From: a virus
Lineage: Duplodnaviria > Caudoviricetes
Virus record (IMG/VR): IMGVR_UViG_3300044453_000030
Span: 1-34,993 of that record
DNA length: 34,993 nt
Direction: 5' to 3' (one strand)
Part shown: piece by piece, positions 15,857 to 24,310 of the stretch
Layout of the letters: every line of letters starts with the position of its first letter
How positions within the stretch are numbered: the first letter of the stretch is position 1
Notes under the pieces: model-generated
Told to the model about the DNA's origin: nothing
Database searches by the model: none
Seen by the model: the letters and a program-made list of their open reading frames with translations, nothing else
Program-made: the position numbers and the translations under genes

Positions 15857-17817
15857 TAAATTTCCCCTTCCAATCCTACCACTAGATCCTGTTCGGGCCT
15901 CGTGTTCTCCTGAATCTTCTTCAGGATCTTGTTTCGTTCCTGATCCGCTTTGTTCTGCTTTCGACCAGTGAAGTAGTCAAATACCTTCTTGTACGCCGCA
16001 GCGGAGCCGAGTTGTTCAGCACCCCCACCACCAAATCCGTGGACCTCAGCAGGAGGAGCCTCCACCTTCTTGACGGCTTTATTAAACAGTGGGAGCCATT
16101 GGATCATCTCGTGCCACGGAGTGACCTTTGCTGGCTGAGCCTCCTTAAACATCTTCTTCCGAGATTCAGCGATAGCCGCGGCCTTGGCTGCCGCCTCTTC
16201 AGCTATCTTCTGGAGGACTCCGCTCCGAAGCTTCTCGCGGGTGGATGTCAGATCATTCATAAACTTCTGATATGGTCCGGCAAGCTGCTTCTTGAAGAAC
16301 CCTGAGAGGCCCACACTATTCAACGCCTCTTTCTCTTTGCGTGCTCGGATCCGCGCCAATGCACGACCGGCCTCAGAGTTCGGGTCAATCTCGTCCCGCT
16401 TCACCTTCACCCCCGGCCTGAGCATGTTACCCAGCCCATAGGCGGCGTTCTTCCCAGCGTCTGTCATAAGCTGTTCAACAAGAGGTGGGAGGGTAACCTC
16501 GAACAAGTAGACGAAACCATCCGTCATCTTTTTTGTGGCTAACTCAAAACCCCCAACCAGCGTTTTGACCGCATGGGTGACCGCCTGGGGGACGTGCCGC
16601 CTCGCAGCCTGAATCCATGCCACTATGTCAACGAAGATCAGCCGGACCTTCTCAGCCATCGGGACAATCAGCGGTTCCAACCCCTTCAGCTTCGATGTCA
16701 GATACTCGAACGCATCAATCAGCGGGATCTCGAACTCCGTCAAGACCTTCATCTTGAAGCCATCCCATGCCGATGTAAGGCGGTTGATGGATCCCCCGAT
16801 ACCCGCATCAATTGTCTGGGCAGACCTCGCAGCCATCCCCTCGATGCCCGCAGACATACGTTCGAAGTTCTCTAAGATCTCATCGGTACTGCCGGTCAGG
16901 ACGGTTCCCGCGGTAACACCGAGCAGACTGTAAGCCTCTTTGAGCTTAGCGACCCGCTGTGTTCCGGTGAGAGCCATCTGATCCATAGACCGATTCATCT
17001 CCTTTAAGGCAGCGATCAGGCCGATGAAGTTACCATCCTTCAGGAAGTTGGCACCCTTGAAGACTTTGCTCAGTGCCTCAGCATCCGCAACCGTCGTGTT
17101 TAGTACACGTCGCAGACCTGTACCAATCGTGGTGGCAGCCGCACCAGTATTAGCGAGGAGCATAGCCGCCGCGGCAGACTCTTCCAGACTAACACCCATA
17201 GCAGATGCAGCAGGCCCGAAGATCCGGAAAGCCTCTCCCAGTTTCTCGACCGTCAACATCGAGTTGTTGGACGCGAACGTCATTGCATCAACGACGCGAG
17301 TTGTCTCTTTGGCGTCCAATTGGAACTGGCGTATGAGCGATCCCGCCACTTGAGCCGCGTTGGGGAGATCCGTACCGGTCGCACGTGCGAGAGACAGGAT
17401 CGGAGACTGCATGGCCTCGATCTCATCCGTGTTGAAACCGGCAGTTGCCAGTTGCACCATGGACTCTGCAACCTGTGTTGCCGTGAAGGATGTGGTACTT
17501 CCGAGGTCGAGGGCCATCGCCTTCATACGTTCGAAGTGACCACGCATCCCACCAGCACGGACCATCGCCATCCGCAGCGTTGTATCAAACTCTGCGAATG
17601 ACTGGATGGGGCCGGAGAGGGCGGCAACAGCCGTCCTCCCCATAGCCGCCAAGTTCCGGGTAAGTGTTGTCAGATGGGACAGCTTAAAGGCAGACCCAAA
17701 GAGCCTACCCATTCTCTTCGATGAGCGGGAGACAACCATCTCCATCCGCTTCATGTCTTTACGAAGATTACCAATGTCAGCCCCAATGCTGACGACTAGG
17801 TCATTCATGCTTGCCAC
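15856..17817 (-). CDS. tail tape measure protein, TP901 family (start revised to GTG 17817, or ATG 17808)
   Basis: DLVVSIGAD start; LGSTTSFTATQVAESM..LATAGF..LSLARATG; GVSLEE..LANTG..GTGLR. Confidence 0.92.
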   Translation of the reverse strand: MASMNDLVVSIGADIGNLRKDMKRMEMVVSRSSKRMGRLFGSAFKLSHLTTLTRNLAAMGRTAVAALSGPIQSFAEFDTTLRMAMVRAGGMRGHFERMKAMALDLGSTTSFTATQVAESMVQLATAGFNTDEIEAMQSPILSLARATGTDLPNAAQVAGSLIRQFQLDAKETTRVVDAMTFASNNSMLTVEKLGEAFRIFGPAASAMGVSLEESAAAAMLLANTGAAATTIGTGLRRVLNTTVADAEALSKVFKGANFLKDGNFIGLIAALKEMNRSMDQMALTGTQRVAKLKEAYSLLGVTAGTVLTGSTDEILENFERMSAGIEGMAARSAQTIDAGIGGSINRLTSAWDGFKMKVLTEFEIPLIDAFEYLTSKLKGLEPLIVPMAEKVRLIFVDIVAWIQAARRHVPQAVTHAVKTLVGGFELATKKMTDGFVYLFEVTLPPLVEQLMTDAGKNAAYGLGNMLRPGVKVKRDEIDPNSEAGRALARIRARKEKEALNSVGLSGFFKKQLAGPYQKFMNDLTSTREKLRSGVLQKIAEEAAAKAAAIAESRKKMFKEAQPAKVTPWHEMIQWLPLFNKAVKKVEAPPAEVHGFGGGGAEQLGSAAAYKKVFDYFTGRKQNKADQERNKILKKIQENTRPEQDLVVGLEGEI

Positions 17818-18115
17818 GACCACCCACCTCTTTCTTAAAGTCCGCTGCCGACATCTTCCGGCTATCCTGAGTGTCCCAAGGATGAACCGAGTCAGCGATT
17901 GATTCGTATTCCCCACCCATGAACTGGTTAACCATCACGGTCAGGAGAGCCAGCACCCGTTCTGAGTGCATTAAAGGCTCAACCTGATCGTAGGCGGCCC
18001 ACTCATCAAACTGTGCTGGAGTCATAGAATCCAGCACAGCGTCTACGTCGAGTGCACCAGTCATACGTGCGAGACGGAATGCTAAGAGTCTGCGGTGGTC
18101 TCGCCGGAGTTTTTT
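17801..18115 (-). CDS. gpT-like extension of the tail assembly chaperone (reached by -1 frameshift)
   Basis: The -1 frame is open from the slippery site: KLRRDHRRLLAFRLARMTGALDVDAVLDSMTPAQFDEWAAYDQVEP. Confidence 0.8.
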   Translation of the reverse strand, partial: KKLRRDHRRLLAFRLARMTGALDVDAVLDSMTPAQFDEWAAYDQVEPLMHSERVLALLTVMVNQFMGGEYESIADSVHPWDTQDSRKMSAADFKKEVGGRGKHE

Positions 18116-18465
18116 GCCAGATCCTCAACGTCATCGTTGCTCATGCCGCAAACCTTCTGGGCGGCCTCAACGATACGTTCGATGACAGCGGCGGGCTGAG
18201 AGCCCACAGCGTCAACGTCTGAGTCCTGTAGCAATAGGACGCCTTCTTCGTCGCACAGACATGCGATAACCAGACGCTCACGGATCTCCTTCATCTTCCG
18301 AGTATTGCTCTTACCTGAGCTCAACTGGAACTGAGTTTCGAAACGTGATCGGTCTTTGGCTGTCATGCCTTTAACAAAGACAGAGCCTCCCAACTCCGGA
18401 ACGGGAACCTCTACAACGTTCACCTTAGCAGGTCGGAGGAACGCTTCGCGTGATAAACTACTCAT
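18082..18465 (-). CDS. tail assembly chaperone (gpG-like)
   Basis: LSREAFL..EVPVPELGGSVFVKGMT..CLCDEEG..LAKN; lies between tail tube and tape measure. Confidence 0.88.
   Translation of the reverse strand: MSSLSREAFLRPAKVNVVEVPVPELGGSVFVKGMTAKDRSRFETQFQLSSGKSNTRKMKEIRERLVIACLCDEEGVLLLQDSDVDAVGSQPAAVIERIVEAAQKVCGMSNDDVEDLAKNSGETTADS
18109..18115 (-). promoter_or_regulatory. -1 ribosomal frameshift slippery heptamer A-AAA-AAC
   Basis: GCA AAA AAC in the chaperone frame, shortly before its stop. Confidence 0.85.
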
Positions 18466-18769
18466 CGCCTTCCTCCAGTTCTTCTTCGTAGATTTCGTTC
18501 AACAGTTCTTCTTGTGCATCCCTGTGTTGTTGCATAAGCTGGTCGTGGGCAGCCCTCATCGCTCCCTTTGATTTGGGATCGAGCTTGGCGGCTGCGGCGG
18601 CACACTCATCGTCTGCCGCCTCAGCATGTCCACCATGTACCAGTCGGTACGCATCGGGATGGTCGATGACCGTCCCTTCAGGAATGTACTTGACTCCGTT
18701 CTCCTCAATAACCAACGCAGGGTCAGCTTTAGGGGAGGCGGGAACAGTATGAAGCAGTCGGGCTTTCAT
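18458..18769 (-). CDS. hypothetical protein between tail tube and chaperone
   Basis: AGGAG RBS; acidic tail; overlaps the next gene. Confidence 0.75.
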   Translation of the reverse strand: MKARLLHTVPASPKADPALVIEENGVKYIPEGTVIDHPDAYRLVHGGHAEAADDECAAAAAKLDPKSKGAMRAAHDQLMQQHRDAQEELLNEIYEEELEEGDE

Positions 18770-18777
18770 ATTTACTC

Positions 18778-19191
18778 CTACCAGTCAGTTGAGATACCAG
18801 ACAGTGGCATCGTGCTAGAGAATTTAACAGCGTCGTTCATGGATACTGTTACGTCGAATGAACATCCACCACAGACGAAGTTCCAAGTTGCTGGGGTAGC
18901 GTCTGTGAAAGTGATTGCGGCATCAAACTCCGCAGGCGTTTCGATGTACGCCAGAAGCTGTGCCTGTTGTGCGTTATCCGGATCGAAGAATCCTGAGATG
19001 CTCAGTTCACCGGACTCAGAATAACCAGTTTGGCCGAGGGTCTTGCCCGCACCTGACTGGTCCAGTGTTGTTGCATCGAAAGTCTCGATTTCCGCCCCGC
19101 TCATAGAAACGTCTGTTAGCTGAGCTACGGCAGTAAGGATAGTAGCCACGTCCACCTGAAAGATGGTGCCCTTCCCTTTGATCTGTGCCAT
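18778..19191 (-). CDS. major tail tube protein
   Basis: GKGT start, ETFDATTLD, GELSISGFFDP, ITFTD; size and position. Confidence 0.85.
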   Translation of the reverse strand: MAQIKGKGTIFQVDVATILTAVAQLTDVSMSGAEIETFDATTLDQSGAGKTLGQTGYSESGELSISGFFDPDNAQQAQLLAYIETPAEFDAAITFTDATPATWNFVCGGCSFDVTVSMNDAVKFSSTMPLSGISTDW

Positions 19192-19193
19192 TG

Positions 19194-19835
19194 TTATTTA
19201 CCCTTTTTCTTAGCTCGCGTCTTGGCGAGGATTTTCTTGTAATCTTTGATTGCGGAAGCCTTGATGGTCTTAAGGACTTCCTTCTGTGTTGCCTTCAGAG
19301 CATTTCTAAAGATCGGTCGGAGATGTCGTCCCCAGTGTGATCTAATCCGCCCTGTATATCTAACTCCGATCTTGTTCCTCTTGCGAGTTACCTGACCGGT
19401 CTTCTTCTGATTAGCAGTCTGCCGATGGAACCCGGTAAAACGTGGTTTGGTTCCGAGAACAAACCACTTGATGTTTCGAGGCCCAATTCCAACACCCTTA
19501 CCGTAGCCGCCTTTGCGACCCTTACCGGTAGCGGCTCTGGCCTTCTTAGACCAGATCCCCTTTTTCTTTCCTACTGACCAACCAACCTTAGAGGGTCGGA
19601 GAGATTTCGGAACGCCCGGAATGTTCTGCTTCGACTGTGACGCCCCAATAGCTTTGGAAAGATGTCTCCACTTGGTAGGTACTCTCAGACGTGCGTTGTC
19701 GCGAACGATCCTGCTCCCTGCCAGCAATGCCTTAGAGAGTGCACGGTTTGATTGGGTCTGGGTTAGTTTGGCAAATTTCTTCTTAACAAACTTGGCACCC
19801 TTGATGTACCCTTTGAGTATCTTCCTGTCAGCCAT
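19194..19835 (-). CDS. HK97 gp10-like tail completion protein, very basic (start revised from 20084)
   Basis: TAATG coupling; ALSKAL.AG..IVRDNAR; WFVLGT.PR; RPIFRNAL. Confidence 0.7.
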   Translation of the reverse strand: MADRKILKGYIKGAKFVKKKFAKLTQTQSNRALSKALLAGSRIVRDNARLRVPTKWRHLSKAIGASQSKQNIPGVPKSLRPSKVGWSVGKKKGIWSKKARAATGKGRKGGYGKGVGIGPRNIKWFVLGTKPRFTGFHRQTANQKKTGQVTRKRNKIGVRYTGRIRSHWGRHLRPIFRNALKATQKEVLKTIKASAIKDYKKILAKTRAKKKGK

Positions 19836-20275
19836 TAGTAACGCAACTCGTTGCCCTGAAGATCGAATCCGTTCGGCTCCGATACCTCGTAGGCTGAAGC
19901 CCCGTCCTTGCGAGTGTTGATGACAAACTGTGTTTTGCCGGTGTCGGTCCAGTCCCAAGCGACGTCGCCAAACTCCAGCGTCTCTACTGTAAACGAATAA
20001 ACAGTACCCTGAATGTTCCGGGCAATGATATCGCCAACCTCGGGAGTACCGAGGCTGGCGAGATCGTTTACAGCAATTAACCATTCCTGTGTCTCTACAA
20101 CCTGCTCCTCACCACCAACCTCAATGTTCCCCTTAACAGTCGTAGACTGGAGAGCATTGCTGATTGTCAGTGTAGTGGCTCCGCGAGTGTAGGTCACAGG
20201 CACGCCGCCGTAGCGACGTGCTGTGTTGAGACCTGTGCGGATTGCACGTTCGTGAGGAGATAGATCGTCAGACAT
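19835..20275 (-). CDS. head-tail joining (head closure, gpFII-like) protein
   Basis: GVPVTYTRG..EWLI..L..PEVGDII; follows the capsid gene. Confidence 0.7.
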   Translation of the reverse strand: MSDDLSPHERAIRTGLNTARRYGGVPVTYTRGATTLTISNALQSTTVKGNIEVGGEEQVVETQEWLIAVNDLASLGTPEVGDIIARNIQGTVYSFTVETLEFGDVAWDWTDTGKTQFVINTRKDGASAYEVSEPNGFDLQGNELRY

Positions 20276-20277
20276 AC

Positions 20278-21216
20278 TTACGCTTCAACAGCTTCAGAGT
20301 TAACCAGAGCTTCTGTAACGATGATAGGTACACCGAAAGCAGAGTTCGGGAACGGAGCAGGAGCACCAGTAGGATTGGTGGCAGTACGTGACTGCTGAAG
20401 TTCCTTCAGGCGATCTCGGTTCATGACCAAGAAGTCTGGGGCCATTCCGCTTGGGAATGCGCTCAGGAGGTCAGAGATCTTGTCGTCGTCAAGCTGAGCA
20501 CCAGAGTCACTTGGGTGCAGGTTGGCGATACGACCGATGCTGTACTTTCCGCCCAGCTGGAGGCCCATCAGGGCGTTTCCAGGTGTATAATAGACGGGAT
20601 AGTTAGCATCATTCGCCTCTGTTACAATCGTGTCCCCTACCTGCAAACCGTTAGATGCAGGAGAAACCAGACGAACGTCGTTGAATCCAGCCTTAACAGC
20701 GTAGACAGAGTTCTGAGCACCAACAGAAGAACCACCAGCGTCGATGACCATGGCATCAGCGACAGCGTCCAGATCTGAAGACTGCAGGAATCCAGCGAAA
20801 CCAGAAGAATCACCGAGGGTAGCATCTGTACCGTAGATGATCTGCTGTTCCAGTTTGTAAAGGGCAGCACCAAGGTGACGCAGACCTTCACGAGCGATCA
20901 GGTCCTGTGGACCCTGTCGCCATGACTGAGCGATTGCGTGGTCTACACGCCATGACCAGTCGAGGATAGAACAGCTGACACTTACGACCGTGTCAACAGA
21001 GTGATCGTAATCTCGACCAGCATTCTCAGAACGGAAGCCAACAACAGGAGCCTGTGTGTACTTCGTGTACTTGTGAGTGCTGCTTCCATCGGCAGTGTCA
21101 CTGATAGGCAAACGAGAAACCAGCGGTGCAGAGTTCAGTACTTCTGTCGTTGCTGTCTTGTCCACGTCCAGTGCATCAGCCAAGAAATCAGCTACTGCAA
21201 GAAGATCATTAGCCAT
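20278..21216 (-). CDS. major capsid protein
   Basis: 312 aa after the protease; P.VGFRSEN, IIYG..GFAGF, PDFLVMNR, FGVPIIVTEAL; strongly biased codon use. Confidence 0.88.
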   Translation of the reverse strand: MANDLLAVADFLADALDVDKTATTEVLNSAPLVSRLPISDTADGSSTHKYTKYTQAPVVGFRSENAGRDYDHSVDTVVSVSCSILDWSWRVDHAIAQSWRQGPQDLIAREGLRHLGAALYKLEQQIIYGTDATLGDSSGFAGFLQSSDLDAVADAMVIDAGGSSVGAQNSVYAVKAGFNDVRLVSPASNGLQVGDTIVTEANDANYPVYYTPGNALMGLQLGGKYSIGRIANLHPSDSGAQLDDDKISDLLSAFPSGMAPDFLVMNRDRLKELQQSRTATNPTGAPAPFPNSAFGVPIIVTEALVNSEAVEA

Positions 21217-21230
21217 TGTTCAAAACCCCT

Positions 21231-22334
21231 TTACTTAATGTTGATTTTGCCAGCGAATCCACGAACTTCGGATTCAACTTCGAGAACTTCCGGAGTGGCA
21301 ACTCCGCTGTCTTCTTCGCCCAGTGCGATAGACTCAATTTTCTCGTTCAGTTCAGCGATCTGATCGCGAGCTTCGGAGAGTTCGGCGCTCAGAGCTTCGA
21401 TGCACAGAGCCTGTGCAGCAGCAAACTCAACACCACCAAGGAACCAATCGGTTCCACGCTCAGAGCCGAACGCCTCAACGTATCGACCCAGTTCGGCGTT
21501 GAAATCTTCCCGCGTCAGACCTTCTGGAGCCTGTACCTCGGGAGCTTCAACTGGAGTGATTTCCTCACTCATTGCAACCTCCTCATTAATTAAGGATAGA
21601 CCATGACGTGATAAGAACCTCGCGAAGAACTGCTTCGCTCTATCACTATCCACGTTGAACAGCGACTGCGAGGGCTTCACGTCCGAAATGCCCAACGCAT
21701 ACGACAGCAAACCATCAGCTTCGATGGCAGCTTCCTGACCCGCCTTGAACAACCCACTCGGGTTGGCTGCTGGTGAGTCAACAACATCCGCAGCGTACAG
21801 CTTCCACAGCCGTGCGTGCATAAAGTTGTATTCATTGTCTTCATCTGGAGACTTGCCGTCCTCCCATGTGCTGGAGAAGTCGTCAGAAGCCTCAAAGTCG
21901 TGATCGAAGACGATAGAGAGACCGAAGTCCTCCGGTGTTTCTTCCGCAAGTGTCATGACGTAGTCAGCGAGGTCGCCGCCGTCAGGGGTTTTAGATGCGG
22001 CCTTCTGGAAGTGCATATCAGCGATGACCTGATCCCCAACGACACGTGCGTTATCGAACTTGCCAAGCTTCGTGCCGACCCCATCACTACTCAGACCCGG
22101 ATGGGTGAACCGAGCTTTGATTCCTCGGGGAGATTGATTCACAGCCAGAGCCACAGTCTCGATGAACAGGGCATCGCACCACATCTCATGGCCGAGGGCT
22201 TCGCCTACTGTGATCAGGGATACATCCCGGATCAGACCGGCCTCGAACATCCCACCTTCCCGTTCGACTTTAGGGCCGGCAGGGTTGCGGGAGATCGTAG
22301 CACGGAACCTTTTTGGGGCAGCATCAACACTCAT
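21231..22334 (-). CDS. prohead protease with C-terminal scaffold
   Basis: RFTH, FGLSIVF, AADVVDSPAANP (His/Ser/Asp candidates); acidic coiled-coil C-terminus; between portal and capsid. Confidence 0.8.
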   Translation of the reverse strand: MSVDAAPKRFRATISRNPAGPKVEREGGMFEAGLIRDVSLITVGEALGHEMWCDALFIETVALAVNQSPRGIKARFTHPGLSSDGVGTKLGKFDNARVVGDQVIADMHFQKAASKTPDGGDLADYVMTLAEETPEDFGLSIVFDHDFEASDDFSSTWEDGKSPDEDNEYNFMHARLWKLYAADVVDSPAANPSGLFKAGQEAAIEADGLLSYALGISDVKPSQSLFNVDSDRAKQFFARFLSRHGLSLINEEVAMSEEITPVEAPEVQAPEGLTREDFNAELGRYVEAFGSERGTDWFLGGVEFAAAQALCIEALSAELSEARDQIAELNEKIESIALGEEDSGVATPEVLEVESEVRGFAGKINIK

Positions 22335-23767
22335 TCTTCATCCTCATTTCCAATTTCTTCATCCTCGTTCCCTTCCACCTCAACCGGCTCATCCTCTTCA
22401 TATTCAACCGGCTCAGCAACCTCACCAAATGTGAGAGGAACGTTCAGAGATTCAGCGAAATCACGGGCTTGTGCAATCTTCTTGATGTTTGCTTCGAAGT
22501 CGGTACCGACTCGCTGACATACCCGGTAGGGGTTGTCCAGTCCAGCGGAGATAGCCTTCATGTCGCCGTCAATCTCCTTCGATGGATCCCACCAAGGCAT
22601 TCCAGCGTGTACCCACTCATACTCAACATCCAAAACAGTCATCCCGGATGGTAGCGTCAGCCTACCTTCGAGGATCCACTGTCGCATCTTCCATACCGTC
22701 ACTCGGCGGAGAGCCTCCAGCAGAACCGAACGGTTAGCCTTACAGCTTCGGTCGTAGTGCAAGAATGCTGCACGACTGCCGAAGAAGTTGGTATGTGCTT
22801 CGTCAAAGAAGCTGAAGGGGAGCCCAAGGCTCTTGATAGCCATTCCGATGACCAGATTCACGAAGTCCTGCGTGGCATAACTTGTGCCATCTGAGTGTAA
22901 GAACTTGGCATCATCGTCCGCGTCCATCTCCAGCTTAACCGGCCCCTTGCCAAAATCGACATCATAGGACCCGTCACCATTCCGCAGATGCTCCCCAGTT
23001 CCATTGCTGTTGGAACTGTAGATGACCATAGCGAACAACTGTTCCACCTTCATCTTAGCCAGAGCGTAGTCAACGCCCTCATAGCAGTCCTGAAATGCGT
23101 TGAATGCCCCAGACATGGGGGATACACCGCGGATCTGGTCGAACCGGTCGAACTGGCATAGCTGAATTACGTTCTGGGCTGGAATCTTCCGTAGGAACTC
23201 GACGTTGCCATAGTCCTCCCGACGGTGGAGACCCCACGCAATCGGACGGCCATCGACGTTCACGCGGGCACCATTGTACCACCGCTCTCCGTCTGATACC
23301 TCGCCCGGAGTCCGCATCAGATCACCCTCAATGGCCCCTAGACGGCCATCCCGGCGTTTGATCCAGAACACGTCGCCGTCCAGAACACGTCGCATCTCAG
23401 AGGCTCTGAGGAACTGCTGGAAGGTGAAACGTGCGGATGCGTCACAATTGAAGGGCAGAGACCACTCTGACATCAGCCCTTCCAGTTGTTCGTTCAGGTC
23501 AGGAATGTCAGTCTGGGCCTGAAAATCGAACATTGTGTTGTAGTCGAGATGCTTTTTGACAGCCCAACTGACAACGCTGAAGTTCCGGTAGAGGTACTGG
23601 CCCGTCCCAATCAGGGATCGGCGTGCTCGTTCCTTCAGGACATCCTCTTCCCGTTTCAGGATTGAGGAGGAGGAACGGCGTTTGTTTGAACTATTGGCCG
23701 CGTCATACCCGCTGGTGAACGCCTTCTTCTTGGGGGCAGCCTTCTTTTTGGCTCGCTTCTTGGCCAT
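22331..23767 (-). CDS. portal protein, lambda family
   Basis: GYDAA, LDGDVF, RFDQIRGVS, NFFGSRAA, PWWDPSKE. Confidence 0.93.
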   Translation of the reverse strand: MAKKRAKKKAAPKKKAFTSGYDAANSSNKRRSSSSILKREEDVLKERARRSLIGTGQYLYRNFSVVSWAVKKHLDYNTMFDFQAQTDIPDLNEQLEGLMSEWSLPFNCDASARFTFQQFLRASEMRRVLDGDVFWIKRRDGRLGAIEGDLMRTPGEVSDGERWYNGARVNVDGRPIAWGLHRREDYGNVEFLRKIPAQNVIQLCQFDRFDQIRGVSPMSGAFNAFQDCYEGVDYALAKMKVEQLFAMVIYSSNSNGTGEHLRNGDGSYDVDFGKGPVKLEMDADDDAKFLHSDGTSYATQDFVNLVIGMAIKSLGLPFSFFDEAHTNFFGSRAAFLHYDRSCKANRSVLLEALRRVTVWKMRQWILEGRLTLPSGMTVLDVEYEWVHAGMPWWDPSKEIDGDMKAISAGLDNPYRVCQRVGTDFEANIKKIAQARDFAESLNVPLTFGEVAEPVEYEEDEPVEVEGNEDEEIGNEDEE

Positions 23768-23769
23768 TA

Positions 23770-23994
23770 TTATACGCCCCTACTGGTGTTGATTGAGGAA
23801 ACTCGCGGTTTCTGACTCGCGATTCCCTTGCAGTCAGCGATCTGGCGTTCGAGGTCGGAAGCGACCGAACGCATCTGTTTCAGCGACTGATATTGAGTCA
23901 ACTGCCCACCAACCTGAACCATCAGCAACCCGCTCCGGATCGCAGAATTCAGGGCAGATAGGTCAGCTTCCAACTGAGAAATTGATTCACTCAT
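23770..23994 (-). CDS. gpW-like head-tail joining protein
   Basis: AIRSG..VQVGG..TQYQSLKQMR; directly upstream of the portal. Confidence 0.82.
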   Translation of the reverse strand: MSESISQLEADLSALNSAIRSGLLMVQVGGQLTQYQSLKQMRSVASDLERQIADCKGIASQKPRVSSINTSRGV

Positions 23995-24019
23995 AGCTTA
24001 ATGTACCTCGCTCAAAAGG

Positions 24020-24310
24020 TTATTGCCCAGACTTCACCCCGCGGGTGCGGGATGTTGGGGCCAAATACTCGATAATTCTGTAATTTTTCTCGCATCCCAT
24101 GCAGGTTACGTAGCTCCACGCGATCTGAGTGTAGTCAAATCCACTGGAAGTGGACCCGCTCACGTCCCTACGAATGGTGCCGGTTTTCCTCGATCTGTCG
24201 GAACAACCGCAGCGGGGGCAGTGGATTGGGACCGTGCTGACGCAAGGTACAGGCTCTTTGGTGGCTTTTTTCTTGGCAGGCTTCTTCTTAGTGGCTTTCT
24301 TCTTGCTCAT
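24020..24310 (-). CDS. zinc-ribbon protein with Lys-rich N-terminus (start revised from 24454)
   Basis: ATGA-coupled to terL; CPRC..CMGC. Confidence 0.75.
   Translation of the reverse strand: MSKKKATKKKPAKKKATKEPVPCVSTVPIHCPRCGCSDRSRKTGTIRRDVSGSTSSGFDYTQIAWSYVTCMGCEKNYRIIEYLAPTSRTRGVKSGQ
24270..24289. repeat. 20-nt direct repeat, copy downstream of terL
   Basis: TTCTTGGCAGGCTTCTTCTT; 19/20 identical to 26413-26432. Confidence 0.8.

Noticed and set aside
19836-20084. Long N-terminal extension of the gp10-like ORF (likewise for polA, primase, tape measure and Zn ribbon)
   Set aside because: Downstream starts have coupling or RBS signals and match family N-termini
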